DNA of 64,000 bases from an uncultured virus (IMG/VR IMGVR_UViG_3300009419_000015) (IMGVR_UViG_3300009419_000015); one strand, 5' to 3'; shown: positions 31,366-40,645, counted from the stretch's first letter. The notes: generated by a model from the sequence alone, not told the origin. Translations and numbers: made by a program.

Positions 31366-32022
31366 ATGCGTATAATATTTATATCGGATACCCACACCCA
31401 ACACATGTATCTGGATGACTATTTGACTAAACTCTATGATGAGAACCCAGATAGCATTCTAGTCCACTGTGGAGACATTTCATCGAGAGGTAGAACATAC
31501 GAGATTGAGGATTTCCTTATTTGGTATGACGAATTACCCTTTAAGAATAAAATAATGATTGCTGGTAACCATGACTTCTATTTCGAGAAAAATCCGGATG
31601 GAGCAAAATTGTTGCTGGAAGAATTTGGTAAATCTGTAATTTATTTGAATGATAGCGGTATTGAGATTGATGGTGTTAAATTTTGGGGCAGTCCAGTAAC
31701 ACCATGGTTTTATGATTGGGCATTTAATAGGAGAGAAGATATTATCAATCACTGGAATCTAATACCTGATGACACCAATGTATTAATAACGCATGGACCT
31801 CCTTTTGGTATTTTGGACTTGACAGCAAGGGAGAGAATCAGCGTTGGCTGTCCTTTACTTAGAAATAAAATCAACACACTAAAAGATCTTAAAATTAGCG
31901 CATTTGGACACATACACGAGGCTTTTGGTACTGAGATTATAAACAATGTCAATTATGTCAATGCGAGCTTTCTAACGCTAAGATATGATCCTCTAAATCA
32001 CCCCATCGTAATAGATTTATAA
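31366..32022 (+). CDS. Calcineurin-like metallophosphoesterase (MPPED1-like)
   Basis: SDTH, HCGD, GNHD, THGPP, FGHIHE. Confidence 0.9.
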   Translation: MRIIFISDTHTQHMYLDDYLTKLYDENPDSILVHCGDISSRGRTYEIEDFLIWYDELPFKNKIMIAGNHDFYFEKNPDGAKLLLEEFGKSVIYLNDSGIEIDGVKFWGSPVTPWFYDWAFNRREDIINHWNLIPDDTNVLITHGPPFGILDLTARERISVGCPLLRNKINTLKDLKISAFGHIHEAFGTEIINNVNYVNASFLTLRYDPLNHPIVIDL

Positions 32023-32092
32023 AAAAACAATTTTTTTCTTTGGATTATGAAATATAATCAATTGAATGTGATAGAATTAATAAACCAAATAA

Positions 32093-32869
32093 ATGAAGAC
32101 TTTTTATAAACCCTCCGAAGCAATCAAATGGACTAAGGCCCGATTGAAGGACTATGGTTACATAGTAAAAACAGAGAAATGGCAAGGAATAGATTCACCC
32201 GATGATATGTGGGAAGTTATGAATCACTCCTTTCAATTTTTTATACCTCATACAATGGATGAGCTTATAAAAGAGGTTAAGCCAAATCTTCCCTGGGCTG
32301 ATGATCATTTTGGCGAGAGAGTTGGAGGTCTTCCTTTAAATCCACCACCTTCACACGAATGGTGGCCTTATTCACAGAAAAATAATGAGCAATTTGGAGG
32401 TAATTCTAAATTCTCACATACTTATCCCGAGAGAATGTGGCCTAAATTTGCTTCAGCTGAACCCAATAGTAAGCTATCGGGAATAAGATTTGATTATGGT
32501 GATTTATCGGATGTGGTTAATTTATTGGAGAAGGAGCCATTTACCAGACAAGCATTTCTCCCGATATGGTTTCCCGAAGATACCGGAGTGGTTCATAAAG
32601 AACGTGTACCCTGCACAATAGGTTACCAATTTATGAGAAGGGGAAATCATTTTCATATGGTTTATTATATAAGATCCTGTGATTATATTAGACATTTCAG
32701 AGATGATGTTTATATGGCATGTAGAAAACTTATGTGGATTCTGGATATACTTAAGGAAAGAAAACCCGATTCTTGGGGAGATGTTACTCCTGGATATTTT
32801 GCTATGCATATAACATCTTTACACTGCTTCAATAGTGAAAAGACAGTTCTAAAAATGAATAATAAATAA
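32093..32869 (+). CDS. Thymidylate-synthase-superfamily protein, likely dCMP hydroxymethylase/methylase-type
   Basis: TRQA, catalytic VPC, RSCD....FRDD (Asp at the position of ThyA Asn177), SLH. Confidence 0.7.
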   Translation: MKTFYKPSEAIKWTKARLKDYGYIVKTEKWQGIDSPDDMWEVMNHSFQFFIPHTMDELIKEVKPNLPWADDHFGERVGGLPLNPPPSHEWWPYSQKNNEQFGGNSKFSHTYPERMWPKFASAEPNSKLSGIRFDYGDLSDVVNLLEKEPFTRQAFLPIWFPEDTGVVHKERVPCTIGYQFMRRGNHFHMVYYIRSCDYIRHFRDDVYMACRKLMWILDILKERKPDSWGDVTPGYFAMHITSLHCFNSEKTVLKMNNK

Positions 32870-32870
32870 G

Positions 32871-33029
32871 ATGGAAAAGTGTATAAAAGATTGTTTAAGA
32901 TCTATAGAAAAAACATATCCGAATAATTATGAATATGGAAGTAAGATGAGAATTTTTATGGATTTCATAAAGGAGGAAAGAACTGAAGAAGAAATTTTAA
33001 ATTTTACTGAATATCTAAATAAAAAATAA
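32871..33029 (+). CDS. Small hypothetical protein (52 aa, not in the ORF track)
   Basis: Hand-translated MEKCIKDCLRSIEKTYPNNYEYGSKMR...; fills the intergenic gap. Confidence 0.5.
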   Translation: MEKCIKDCLRSIEKTYPNNYEYGSKMRIFMDFIKEERTEEEILNFTEYLNKK

Positions 33030-33033
33030 AGTT

Positions 33034-33324
33034 ATGAGTCAAGGAATGAATCCATCAAAAGCATACTTTAAGCTAATTAAAGAACCTACTGAATCGATGG
33101 CTGAATATTATATTAAGATGTTTAGAAGAAATCAGATGAAGTTTATAAGAAGATCGAGCTTGGATGTCGATCATCTAGGGTCCGAATTTTCGTATGAAGG
33201 GCTTAATCTAAGAATCATGGGTGCATCTGATACCAGCACCATGGTTGTTAAGGATATCGATAATGATAAATACTATCTTATACATTCTGACATAGTTACT
33301 AATTCCATATTAATAAATAATTAA
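33034..33324 (+). CDS. Hypothetical protein
   Basis: ORF. Confidence 0.55.
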   Translation: MSQGMNPSKAYFKLIKEPTESMAEYYIKMFRRNQMKFIRRSSLDVDHLGSEFSYEGLNLRIMGASDTSTMVVKDIDNDKYYLIHSDIVTNSILINN

Positions 33325-33327
33325 GCC

Positions 33328-33549
33328 TTGATTGAATATATTATAAAGACTGATAATCCGGAGATACACATACAAGTATGTGAAATAATATCTATAATGG
33401 GGGTTAATATAATAGACGATAAGTTCGGAGAACCTGAGGATGGATTTTATGGCTATTTTAGATTAAATGGTAACGAGGATTCATTTGAGATACTTTCGGA
33501 ATTTCCAAATATTGTTCTGGAGATACCAAAGGATAAAATATTAAGATAA
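33328..33549 (+). CDS. Hypothetical protein
   Basis: ORF with TTG start. Confidence 0.45.
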   Translation: MIEYIIKTDNPEIHIQVCEIISIMGVNIIDDKFGEPEDGFYGYFRLNGNEDSFEILSEFPNIVLEIPKDKILR

Positions 33550-33643
33550 AATAATATATCAACCTTATTTGAATCACTTCTCTAAATCCGACATGATATA
33601 TAGTTAAGATATTCTTTTGATTGGGCAAAACCAAACGATTATC

Positions 33644-34030
33644 ATGGAGGAAAATAACAACATTAGTCAGACACTTCTGATGAAGCAAATTTTAGACGAG
33701 ATTTCTAGGCTGAAGTCTACGATGCCTAATGGTGAGTTAAAACACCTACAGGATGCAGTTGAGGGTCTTAGATTAGATCAAAAATCTTTGAAGGAGGATG
33801 TTTCTGATATAAAGAAAAAACTACTCGATCCTGATACTGGGGTTATTGTTAAAGTTAACGAGAACACCAAATTTAGGGTACAGGAAGAGAGCAGATATGA
33901 GGATTATTTGCAATTTAACGTTGATCTTAATGATCTTAAGAAATGGCAAAGTGGAATAAATAAAGCAATGTGGATTATATTCACTGCTATAGCTGCTATT
34001 GCACTTAAGGTTATATTCGGTGTTGGATAA
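33644..34030 (+). CDS. Coiled-coil protein with C-terminal TM helix
   Basis: ATG at 33644; AMWIIFTAIAAIALKVIF; GATATATA at 33595. Confidence 0.6.
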   Translation: MEENNNISQTLLMKQILDEISRLKSTMPNGELKHLQDAVEGLRLDQKSLKEDVSDIKKKLLDPDTGVIVKVNENTKFRVQEESRYEDYLQFNVDLNDLKKWQSGINKAMWIIFTAIAAIALKVIFGVG

Positions 34031-34051
34031 CTCTAATTAAAAACTATTTCT

Positions 34052-34348
34052 ATGGAATCCTGGTTTTTTAAAGATATAATTGGTTCTAAGTCTGAAAGTA
34101 AATCTATCCTTGGTGATGCTATTTACGAGAAAGTAAAAGAAGCTATATTGGATAATTATGATAGAATAGAAATATTTACTCTCCTATCCAAATCCAGCCA
34201 TGAATCTACCATCTCAGGAATCACATTTAGTCTAGACAATAAGCAATTTCATTTATTTCTGGAGAATTATTTAAAAGTTTGTGAGAATAGGGAGGAATAC
34301 GAGAAGTGCAGAGAAATATTGGATCTCACTGAATTAATAACTGTATAA
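34052..34348 (+). CDS. Hypothetical protein with UVR-like EEYEKC motif
   Basis: CENREEYEKCREI. Confidence 0.6.
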   Translation: MESWFFKDIIGSKSESKSILGDAIYEKVKEAILDNYDRIEIFTLLSKSSHESTISGITFSLDNKQFHLFLENYLKVCENREEYEKCREILDLTELITV

Positions 34349-34354
34349 CTTCCT

Positions 34355-34546
34355 ATGAAAGTAGCGGATATTCAAAAATATGACGATAATTTATCAAGAT
34401 ACTCATTAATAGTAAGGGGAGTAATAAAATCACAGGATGAGATAATAGATTGCATAAGAATTTTTGAATATTTCGAAGATTACGAAAAATGTAAACATCT
34501 AAGAGATATATTACTTAATAGTAAAGATGGAGAAAAAATTAGATAG
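34355..34546 (+). CDS. Hypothetical protein with UVR-like EDYEKC motif
   Basis: FEYFEDYEKCKHLRD. Confidence 0.6.
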   Translation: MKVADIQKYDDNLSRYSLIVRGVIKSQDEIIDCIRIFEYFEDYEKCKHLRDILLNSKDGEKIR

Positions 34547-34763
34547 ACAGATTTTTGAGAATGCTCTTAATAGCATGATAAAATACGGGCGTAAGAGTAT
34601 CATGAGCGATAGAATCTACTACAGAAGAGAATTACTTAAAAAATCAATGATAGCATATTACGAATCAACGGAGGAGTTCGAGAAGTGCCGATATTTGATT
34701 GATTTTTTCAATTCAGTTGAAATCGATATTTCGGTAGGTGCTACTGGCGAATATGTGGAATAA
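34527..34763 (+). CDS. Hypothetical protein with UVR-like EEFEKC motif
   Basis: YYESTEEFEKCRYL. Confidence 0.6.
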   Translation: MEKKLDRQIFENALNSMIKYGRKSIMSDRIYYRRELLKKSMIAYYESTEEFEKCRYLIDFFNSVEIDISVGATGEYVE

Positions 34764-34865
34764 TCCACACAATATGCGGATAAAAATAATAATTATTGGT
34801 TTCTTTTTGAAACCTTTATTTTTGTTAGGGGTATAAAACATAACCAACAAAAAGTAAATAGATTA

Positions 34866-36443
34866 ATGAAATTTTCAGAACTTACTGCAGAACAAATCTT
34901 TGAAATTTCGGAAATATATTGGAACAGAAAGGCTTCTTGGGACGAAAGAATGAAGCAACTAAGTCAATATCTTGGTAAATCCGAAAGAACAGTTCAAAGC
35001 TGGATATCCAAATTAGGTATTACAGAGAAATCAATACAAGAATCACCACAGCTTATAAAAGCTAAAGAAAGAAAATTCGATAAGAAGAGGAAAAGATTTA
35101 TCATAACTTGGGCACAAAACGATACCCCCGTACACGACGTATTCTTTTCAAATCTGGAGGAGTATGCTAATTTTATCGGAGCTGATATTCACGTAATAGC
35201 AGGAAGATATAAAAATCCAACATCGGTATTCTCGGATAAAAAATATGACACCTGGTCTCCTAGAGTGGAACCTTTCTTAGATGCAAATAGGCATCAGGTA
35301 CATAAACACATGTGGATCATGTCTGATGTGAAAATACAACCTACCGCAGTTGATCCTATGACAGGCTTACAGGGAATGAGTGGTGTAAATTCGTGCGTAT
35401 TTGGATCACCAAAAGTTCATATGGAAACTGTTCCTGTACTAGAGGGAAATCTCCCTAAAATGATGATGACTACCGGAGCATGTACAGTTAAAAATTATAC
35501 AGATTCAAAATCTGGTAAAAAGGGTGAATTTCACCACACTCTAGGATTTGTGGTAGTTGAGATAAAAGATGGTAAAACATTTTTTGTTAGACAGGTAACT
35601 GCTACCGACGATGGGGATTTTCATGATTTATATCATTCCATTAAATATAATCCGGATAGCAATATCAGCGAGGTTATAAGAATACATAAAATACCAGCAG
35701 CAATACTAGGTGATTTACACTATGGACAACACGATCAAGCAGTTATAAACAAAACTTTAGAACTGTTTAGCAACCTAGAGCCAGAAAATGTTGTTTTACA
35801 TGATGTTTTCGATGGTCTTTCCATAAACCATCACGAATCAAACGATCCATTCATACAATACCAAAGAGAAATCGATGGAACCAATTCATTGAGAAAAGAG
35901 ATTGATAGTATGCTTAGTGGTCTGGAGGATTTCGAGAAATATAATGTTACTATAGTTAGAAGTAATCATGACGATTTTCTTGACCGCTGGTTAAAAAATA
36001 CGGATTGGAGAAAAGCAAGCACTCTAAAGAATTCTATAGAATATATGGAATTTAGTGCATTACTTTTAAAAGGCGAAGCACCTAAGGGTATTATACCTTA
36101 TCTTATAACAAAAAAATTCCCCAATTTCAGAACATTGGACAGGAGTGATAGCTTCGTTATAAATGGATGGGAATTAGGACAGCATGGTGATATAGGATCA
36201 AATGGATCCAGAGGTTCACTTCTCCAATTTAGAAAACTAAACACCAAAATAGTTGTAGGTCACTATCACTCTCCAGGAAGAAAGGATGGCGCCTTAGCAG
36301 TGGGAACATCAACCAAGCTTAGAGTCAATTATAATCTAGGTCCTAGTGGATGGTTACAGTCTCATGTTATAATACATGAGGATGGTAAGTCACAACATAT
36401 AAATTTCATTAAAGGTGAATTCACCACTATAAAACCAAAATAA
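34866..36443 (+). CDS. HTH plus metallophosphoesterase-fold protein, resembling phage T5 A1-family nucleases
   Basis: N-terminal LSQYLGKSERTV HTH; ITWAQNDT, TTGACT, EFHH; GDLH, HDVFDG, SNHD, QHGD, GHYHS; A1 similarity is from recall. Confidence 0.6.
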   Translation: MKFSELTAEQIFEISEIYWNRKASWDERMKQLSQYLGKSERTVQSWISKLGITEKSIQESPQLIKAKERKFDKKRKRFIITWAQNDTPVHDVFFSNLEEYANFIGADIHVIAGRYKNPTSVFSDKKYDTWSPRVEPFLDANRHQVHKHMWIMSDVKIQPTAVDPMTGLQGMSGVNSCVFGSPKVHMETVPVLEGNLPKMMMTTGACTVKNYTDSKSGKKGEFHHTLGFVVVEIKDGKTFFVRQVTATDDGDFHDLYHSIKYNPDSNISEVIRIHKIPAAILGDLHYGQHDQAVINKTLELFSNLEPENVVLHDVFDGLSINHHESNDPFIQYQREIDGTNSLRKEIDSMLSGLEDFEKYNVTIVRSNHDDFLDRWLKNTDWRKASTLKNSIEYMEFSALLLKGEAPKGIIPYLITKKFPNFRTLDRSDSFVINGWELGQHGDIGSNGSRGSLLQFRKLNTKIVVGHYHSPGRKDGALAVGTSTKLRVNYNLGPSGWLQSHVIIHEDGKSQHINFIKGEFTTIKPK

Positions 36444-37021
36444 TGATAGATATTAGCGGTTATAAATTTATTGCGGGAGTCGACGAAGTTGGCAGGGGAT
36501 GTCTCAGTGGACCTGTAGTTGCAGCCGCTGTCATATTACCAGCAGATTTTCACGACAGCAGAATTAAGGATAGTAAAACTATCAAGAGTCTTAAGAAAAG
36601 AGAGGAATTGGAGATACTGATAAAGAACAATGCCATATCGTGGGGCATTGGTGCTGCTTCTCCACAGGAAATAGACCAGATGAATATATTACAAGCAACT
36701 TTTCTTGCTATGAAGAGAGCTATTGATGCTTGCTCGAATAAGCCGGATTTCCTTTACATTGATGGAGATAAATTTCCAGGACATCAAGGAATTACTTACG
36801 AGTGCGTAATTAAAGGTGATTCTAAAATATTTAGTATTTCAGCAGCTTCCATATTAGCTAAGGTTCATAGGGATAAGCTTATGAGAGAACTTGACTCGCA
36901 ATACCCAAAATATCTTTGGTCAAGAAACGTGGGATACGGAACAGCTGATCATATTAAAGCCATCAGGGAACTAGGCATAACAAAACATCACAGAAAAACA
37001 TTTTGTCAAAATTTTATTTAA
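36443..37021 (+). CDS. rnhB: Ribonuclease HII
   Basis: GVDEVGRG, DSK, IDG, KGD, AASILAKV, GYGT. Confidence 0.95.
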   Translation: MIDISGYKFIAGVDEVGRGCLSGPVVAAAVILPADFHDSRIKDSKTIKSLKKREELEILIKNNAISWGIGAASPQEIDQMNILQATFLAMKRAIDACSNKPDFLYIDGDKFPGHQGITYECVIKGDSKIFSISAASILAKVHRDKLMRELDSQYPKYLWSRNVGYGTADHIKAIRELGITKHHRKTFCQNFI

Positions 37022-37027
37022 TATAAC

Positions 37028-37390
37028 ATGGAAAATAAAGAATTAGATGTAAATATCAATCCCACAACGGGAGAAATTATTATAGATCCAGTAATGGACG
37101 AATTAGAGGAAATGGAAATCCTCGGTATAGAAGAGTTCGATAGAGCGGAGTGGGTTTGTCAATTCGATGACGAGGATCCAATAGTTATAGCATGGAGCAA
37201 TGACAAGGAAGAACCAGGTGAATTATCATTTGTATTAAAAGCAAGATCTGATTCTAGTTTGATATTTCAATCCGTCGACGGACAGAAAACTTTTAGATTA
37301 TTTGCCAGAAGAATGTCGGACGATAGGAGATCCGAATTAGATCAGCATGAGGAGAATGAAAGAAAATTAAGGGAAGAAAATAATCTTTAG
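37028..37390 (+). CDS. Hypothetical acidic protein
   Basis: ORF. Confidence 0.55.
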   Translation: MENKELDVNINPTTGEIIIDPVMDELEEMEILGIEEFDRAEWVCQFDDEDPIVIAWSNDKEEPGELSFVLKARSDSSLIFQSVDGQKTFRLFARRMSDDRRSELDQHEENERKLREENNL

Positions 37391-37393
37391 TTA

Positions 37394-38452
37394 ATGAAGC
37401 ACACCGATATTAAATTTGACTTTAATGACATCCTGATCTCTCCTGCTATCATAACTGATATCAGTACCAGAAAGCAGGTGAATGTTCTATACGAGGATGA
37501 GTATCTTCCAATATTTACTGCTCCCATGGATACCGTTATATCAAAAGAAAATAAGGATTTCTTTTTTAGAAATGGTATCAAAGTAATAATGCCAAGAACT
37601 GAAAAGCTGGGTAATGTTATTGAAACATCCCATGATTTATTTAGATCTGTTGGAATGGATGAATTTGAATCAATATTTCTTGGAGAAAATTCTATAGAAG
37701 GCGGTCCTTTTTACATATTGATTGATATAGCTAATGGCCATATGAGCAAACTTCTTGATATAACAAGGAGGGCGAAAGAAACTTATGGTGATTCGCTAAT
37801 ATTAATGGTCGGCAACGTTGCCCACCCTGAAACTTATCGGGAGTTTTCTTCGGTAGGTGCTGATTATATTAGAATTGGTATAGGTAACGGAGCTGGTTGT
37901 TTAACAACAGTTCAGACCGGAGTTGGATATCCTATGGCATCTTTAATTAAGGAGTGCTATGATGTGAGTTGTACGCTAGATAAGCCGGCAAAGATTGTTG
38001 CTGACGGTGGATTTAAAGACTACTCCGATATTATAAAGGCACTAGCATTAGGTGCTGATTATGTTATGCTAGGATCAATTCTGAATAAAGCTTTAGAGAG
38101 TTCAGGAGAAACATACCTTAGTAATAGAAGTATTAACTATGATAGCAGGGTAAACCAATATTCGGTTGATACGGAGAACCTATTTAAAAACGGTACCAAG
38201 ATGCTTAAGCTGTTCAGAGGGATGAGCACGAAAGAAGCACAGATTGCTATGGGTAAGACAGTACTTAAAACTAGCGAGGGAGTTACCAGAATGCAGCCAG
38301 TTGAATATACAATATCAGGGTGGACTGATAACTTTAAAAGTTATTTAAGTTCGGCAATGAGTTATTCTAATGCAACCACTCTGGATCAGTTCATAGGTAA
38401 AGCTGAATGGAATATGATAACCACAAATTCATATGAGAGGTTCAAAAAATAA
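37394..38452 (+). CDS. GMP reductase / IMP dehydrogenase family protein
   Basis: APMDTV, IDIANGH, GNVA, RIGIGNGAGCLT (catalytic Cys), ADGG, VMLG, FRGMS, SEG. Confidence 0.88.
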   Translation: MKHTDIKFDFNDILISPAIITDISTRKQVNVLYEDEYLPIFTAPMDTVISKENKDFFFRNGIKVIMPRTEKLGNVIETSHDLFRSVGMDEFESIFLGENSIEGGPFYILIDIANGHMSKLLDITRRAKETYGDSLILMVGNVAHPETYREFSSVGADYIRIGIGNGAGCLTTVQTGVGYPMASLIKECYDVSCTLDKPAKIVADGGFKDYSDIIKALALGADYVMLGSILNKALESSGETYLSNRSINYDSRVNQYSVDTENLFKNGTKMLKLFRGMSTKEAQIAMGKTVLKTSEGVTRMQPVEYTISGWTDNFKSYLSSAMSYSNATTLDQFIGKAEWNMITTNSYERFKK

Positions 38453-38488
38453 AAACTTTTTTTGGTATATAGTTAAAAAAATAACAAA

Positions 38489-38938
38489 ATGAAATCTAAT
38501 TATCTACTAACTATAGAGTTAATATCAAAAAATAAATTCACGAGAGGTGAAATAGAAGGGATAAAGGATATTTTGGATCTTGGAGTTGATAACACACCAT
38601 TCAGATCTATTTTTAACGATAGCCTATCGATCAATTTTAATAGCTATCTTGAAGTCTATGCGGAAGATATAATATTTGATGCGGATGTACAGGAAGAACT
38701 AGGTAATCTGATCGAAAATATAGATTCTATTATCCCGGGTGGATGGGAAAATGATTCAAAGATAGAATGGGTAAGCGAATATCAACACACATCTTCTGTC
38801 TGGTATAAGGATGGTCAGAAATGGATAAGCGTTATTAAGGAAAATGATAGAGGAATCTTAGGAGAAGATGAGGAATGGAACGAAGAACTTGATGATCACG
38901 GTTATAGTTCGGACTTCGATGAAGATGAATGGAACTAA
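38489..38938 (+). CDS. Hypothetical acidic protein
   Basis: ORF. Confidence 0.55.
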   Translation: MKSNYLLTIELISKNKFTRGEIEGIKDILDLGVDNTPFRSIFNDSLSINFNSYLEVYAEDIIFDADVQEELGNLIENIDSIIPGGWENDSKIEWVSEYQHTSSVWYKDGQKWISVIKENDRGILGEDEEWNEELDDHGYSSDFDEDEWN

Positions 38939-38972
38939 TTTTTAGTTTAAAATTAGTTTGAATATATAATTT

Positions 38973-39049
38973 AAGGGTGCCTTTCGTGCTTAGTGTCCCG
39001 GGTCAGAGTGGCCTTAGAATTGTACATTTAAAATGTGCAATGATGGGAT
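38973..39049 (+). ncRNA. Candidate structured 5' leader RNA
   Basis: GC-rich island: P1 38995-39000/39044-39049 encloses hairpins 39001-39013 and 39019-39041; first 14 nt are complementary to 39964-39977. Confidence 0.45.
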
Positions 39050-39071
39050 TTTAAAAATAAAAAAAGGTAAA

Positions 39072-39947
39072 ATGAAAACAAACAAAACACCGGGTGTGAA
39101 TTCACCTAGAGCTTGGGTAGCCGTAGCCAGCAACAGACAAAAAATATACGGAAAAAATGAGGATCTAGTTTACCTAGATGACAACCAGGAGTTTCAAATA
39201 GAGTTATTTAATCCTACCTCAGAAAAATACCTAGCTAAAATTTATCTTAATGATAAATTAATTAGCAATACTGGGTTAGTTCTTAAGCCAGGACAGAGAT
39301 ACTTCCTTGATCGATATCTAGACGAGAAGAAGAAATTCTTATTCTCCACTTATGAGGTTGATTCATCAGATGAGGTGGCGGAAGCTATTAAAGATAACGG
39401 AAAAGTTAGAGTCGATTTTTTCAAGGAGGCAAGTCCATCGATTAATTTCAATTTAGGAAATACTGGAACAACGGTAATCACACAATATCCGCCGTCTTTC
39501 CCTCCAAATCCTTTTAGTGGTCAATGGTGGGGAGGTACACCTAATGTTTATTGTGGCACAAGTACTACTGGAGTTGGTAATACATTGGGAAATCTTACCA
39601 CTACATCCTCATTATCAAATGGTATAACGTTCACATCTTCATCCACGGTAAATAATGCTTACTATAGCTCGCCAGTAGAAATAGCAGGATCTTCTGCGAT
39701 TAATGCAAGCTCAAGTAGCTTAGAAACTGGTATGATTGAAAAGGGAAGCAAATCCGACCAATACTTTGGGAAAGATAGCGGAACTTATTCAATGTATAGT
39801 TCATATACTAGCGAATATCAAATATTACCTAGATCAACAAAGCCGATCGAAGTTGCTGAGATTAGATCTTACTGCACCAGTTGCGGTACAAGAATGAAAA
39901 AGAAAACATGGAAATTCTGCCCAAATTGTGGTGAATCTCTAGATTAA
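39072..39947 (+). CDS. Hypothetical protein: beta-rich N-domain, Ser/Thr-rich linker, C-terminal zinc ribbon
   Basis: ATG at 39072 is more likely than 39033; CTSC...CPNC. Confidence 0.75.
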   Translation: MKTNKTPGVNSPRAWVAVASNRQKIYGKNEDLVYLDDNQEFQIELFNPTSEKYLAKIYLNDKLISNTGLVLKPGQRYFLDRYLDEKKKFLFSTYEVDSSDEVAEAIKDNGKVRVDFFKEASPSINFNLGNTGTTVITQYPPSFPPNPFSGQWWGGTPNVYCGTSTTGVGNTLGNLTTTSSLSNGITFTSSSTVNNAYYSSPVEIAGSSAINASSSSLETGMIEKGSKSDQYFGKDSGTYSMYSSYTSEYQILPRSTKPIEVAEIRSYCTSCGTRMKKKTWKFCPNCGESLD

Positions 39948-39963
39948 TTAAAATGATTTAATT

Positions 39964-39982
39964 CGGAAGGCACCCTTTTTTT
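39964..39982 (+). repeat. 3' arm of a long-range inverted repeat followed by T7
   Basis: CGGAAGGCACCCTT is complementary to AAGGGTGCCTTTCG (38973-38986), 13 Watson-Crick pairs + 1 G:U. Confidence 0.7.
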
Positions 39983-40045
39983 CAACCGAATAAAATTTAC
40001 AATATAAGGCTATTCGTAGTGATATATAGGCTAAAACAATTTTAA

Positions 40046-40645
40046 ATGAAAGCCAGAATATTACTATTAATAGCCCTATTATTTTCAACAAATCTTATAT
40101 TTTCACAAGCACTCAGGGATTCAGTAAAGGTTAAAACCGACATATATGAAGTTATCTATAGCGAAAAATTAGAGCAACCTAGATTTATAAAATATGAGGT
40201 TCTCTGCCCTACCGGAACAGCATCCAGAGCAGGTATGGATTTTTATACAAATGACACAATAAAGACATCCGATAATTTGGATTATGCAAAGAACCTATAT
40301 GACAAGGGACATTTAGCTCCTGCAGCGGACTTCAATTGTACCAAGGATATGCTTAAGAAAACATTTAGCTACCTAAATTGTGCATTGCAGGATCAGTATC
40401 TTAATAGAGGTGTATGGAGAATGTTAGAGGAGTACGAAAGAGAATTGGCGAAAACGAGTAAAGTAACAGTTACTATAGAACTAGTATTTACTACAAAATC
40501 TAAAAAACTTCCAACCGGTGCTACTGTACCAGACGGATTTTATAAAACAATATACGTTGAGAAAACGAAGAAAACTTATAAATACTATTTTCCTAATGTG
40601 AGACCAACTAAATTAAAGTACAGTGACTACTTATTAGGGAACTAA
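40046..40645 (+). CDS. Secreted DNA/RNA non-specific endonuclease (NucA/EndoG-like)
   Basis: Signal peptide; YDKGHLAPAADF, LNRGVW..LE, VPDGFYK. Confidence 0.88.
   Translation: MKARILLLIALLFSTNLIFSQALRDSVKVKTDIYEVIYSEKLEQPRFIKYEVLCPTGTASRAGMDFYTNDTIKTSDNLDYAKNLYDKGHLAPAADFNCTKDMLKKTFSYLNCALQDQYLNRGVWRMLEEYERELAKTSKVTVTIELVFTTKSKKLPTGATVPDGFYKTIYVEKTKKTYKYYFPNVRPTKLKYSDYLLGN

Noticed and set aside
38987..39050. Hammerhead ribozyme or known riboswitch
   Set aside because: No CUGANGA/GAAA core or other consensus that I recognise; kept only as an unknown structured leader.
38973..39977. IS or MITE with terminal inverted repeats
   Set aside because: There is no transposase motif in the enclosed ORF, no evident target-site duplication, and the mismatch is a G:U-compatible pair that favours RNA pairing.
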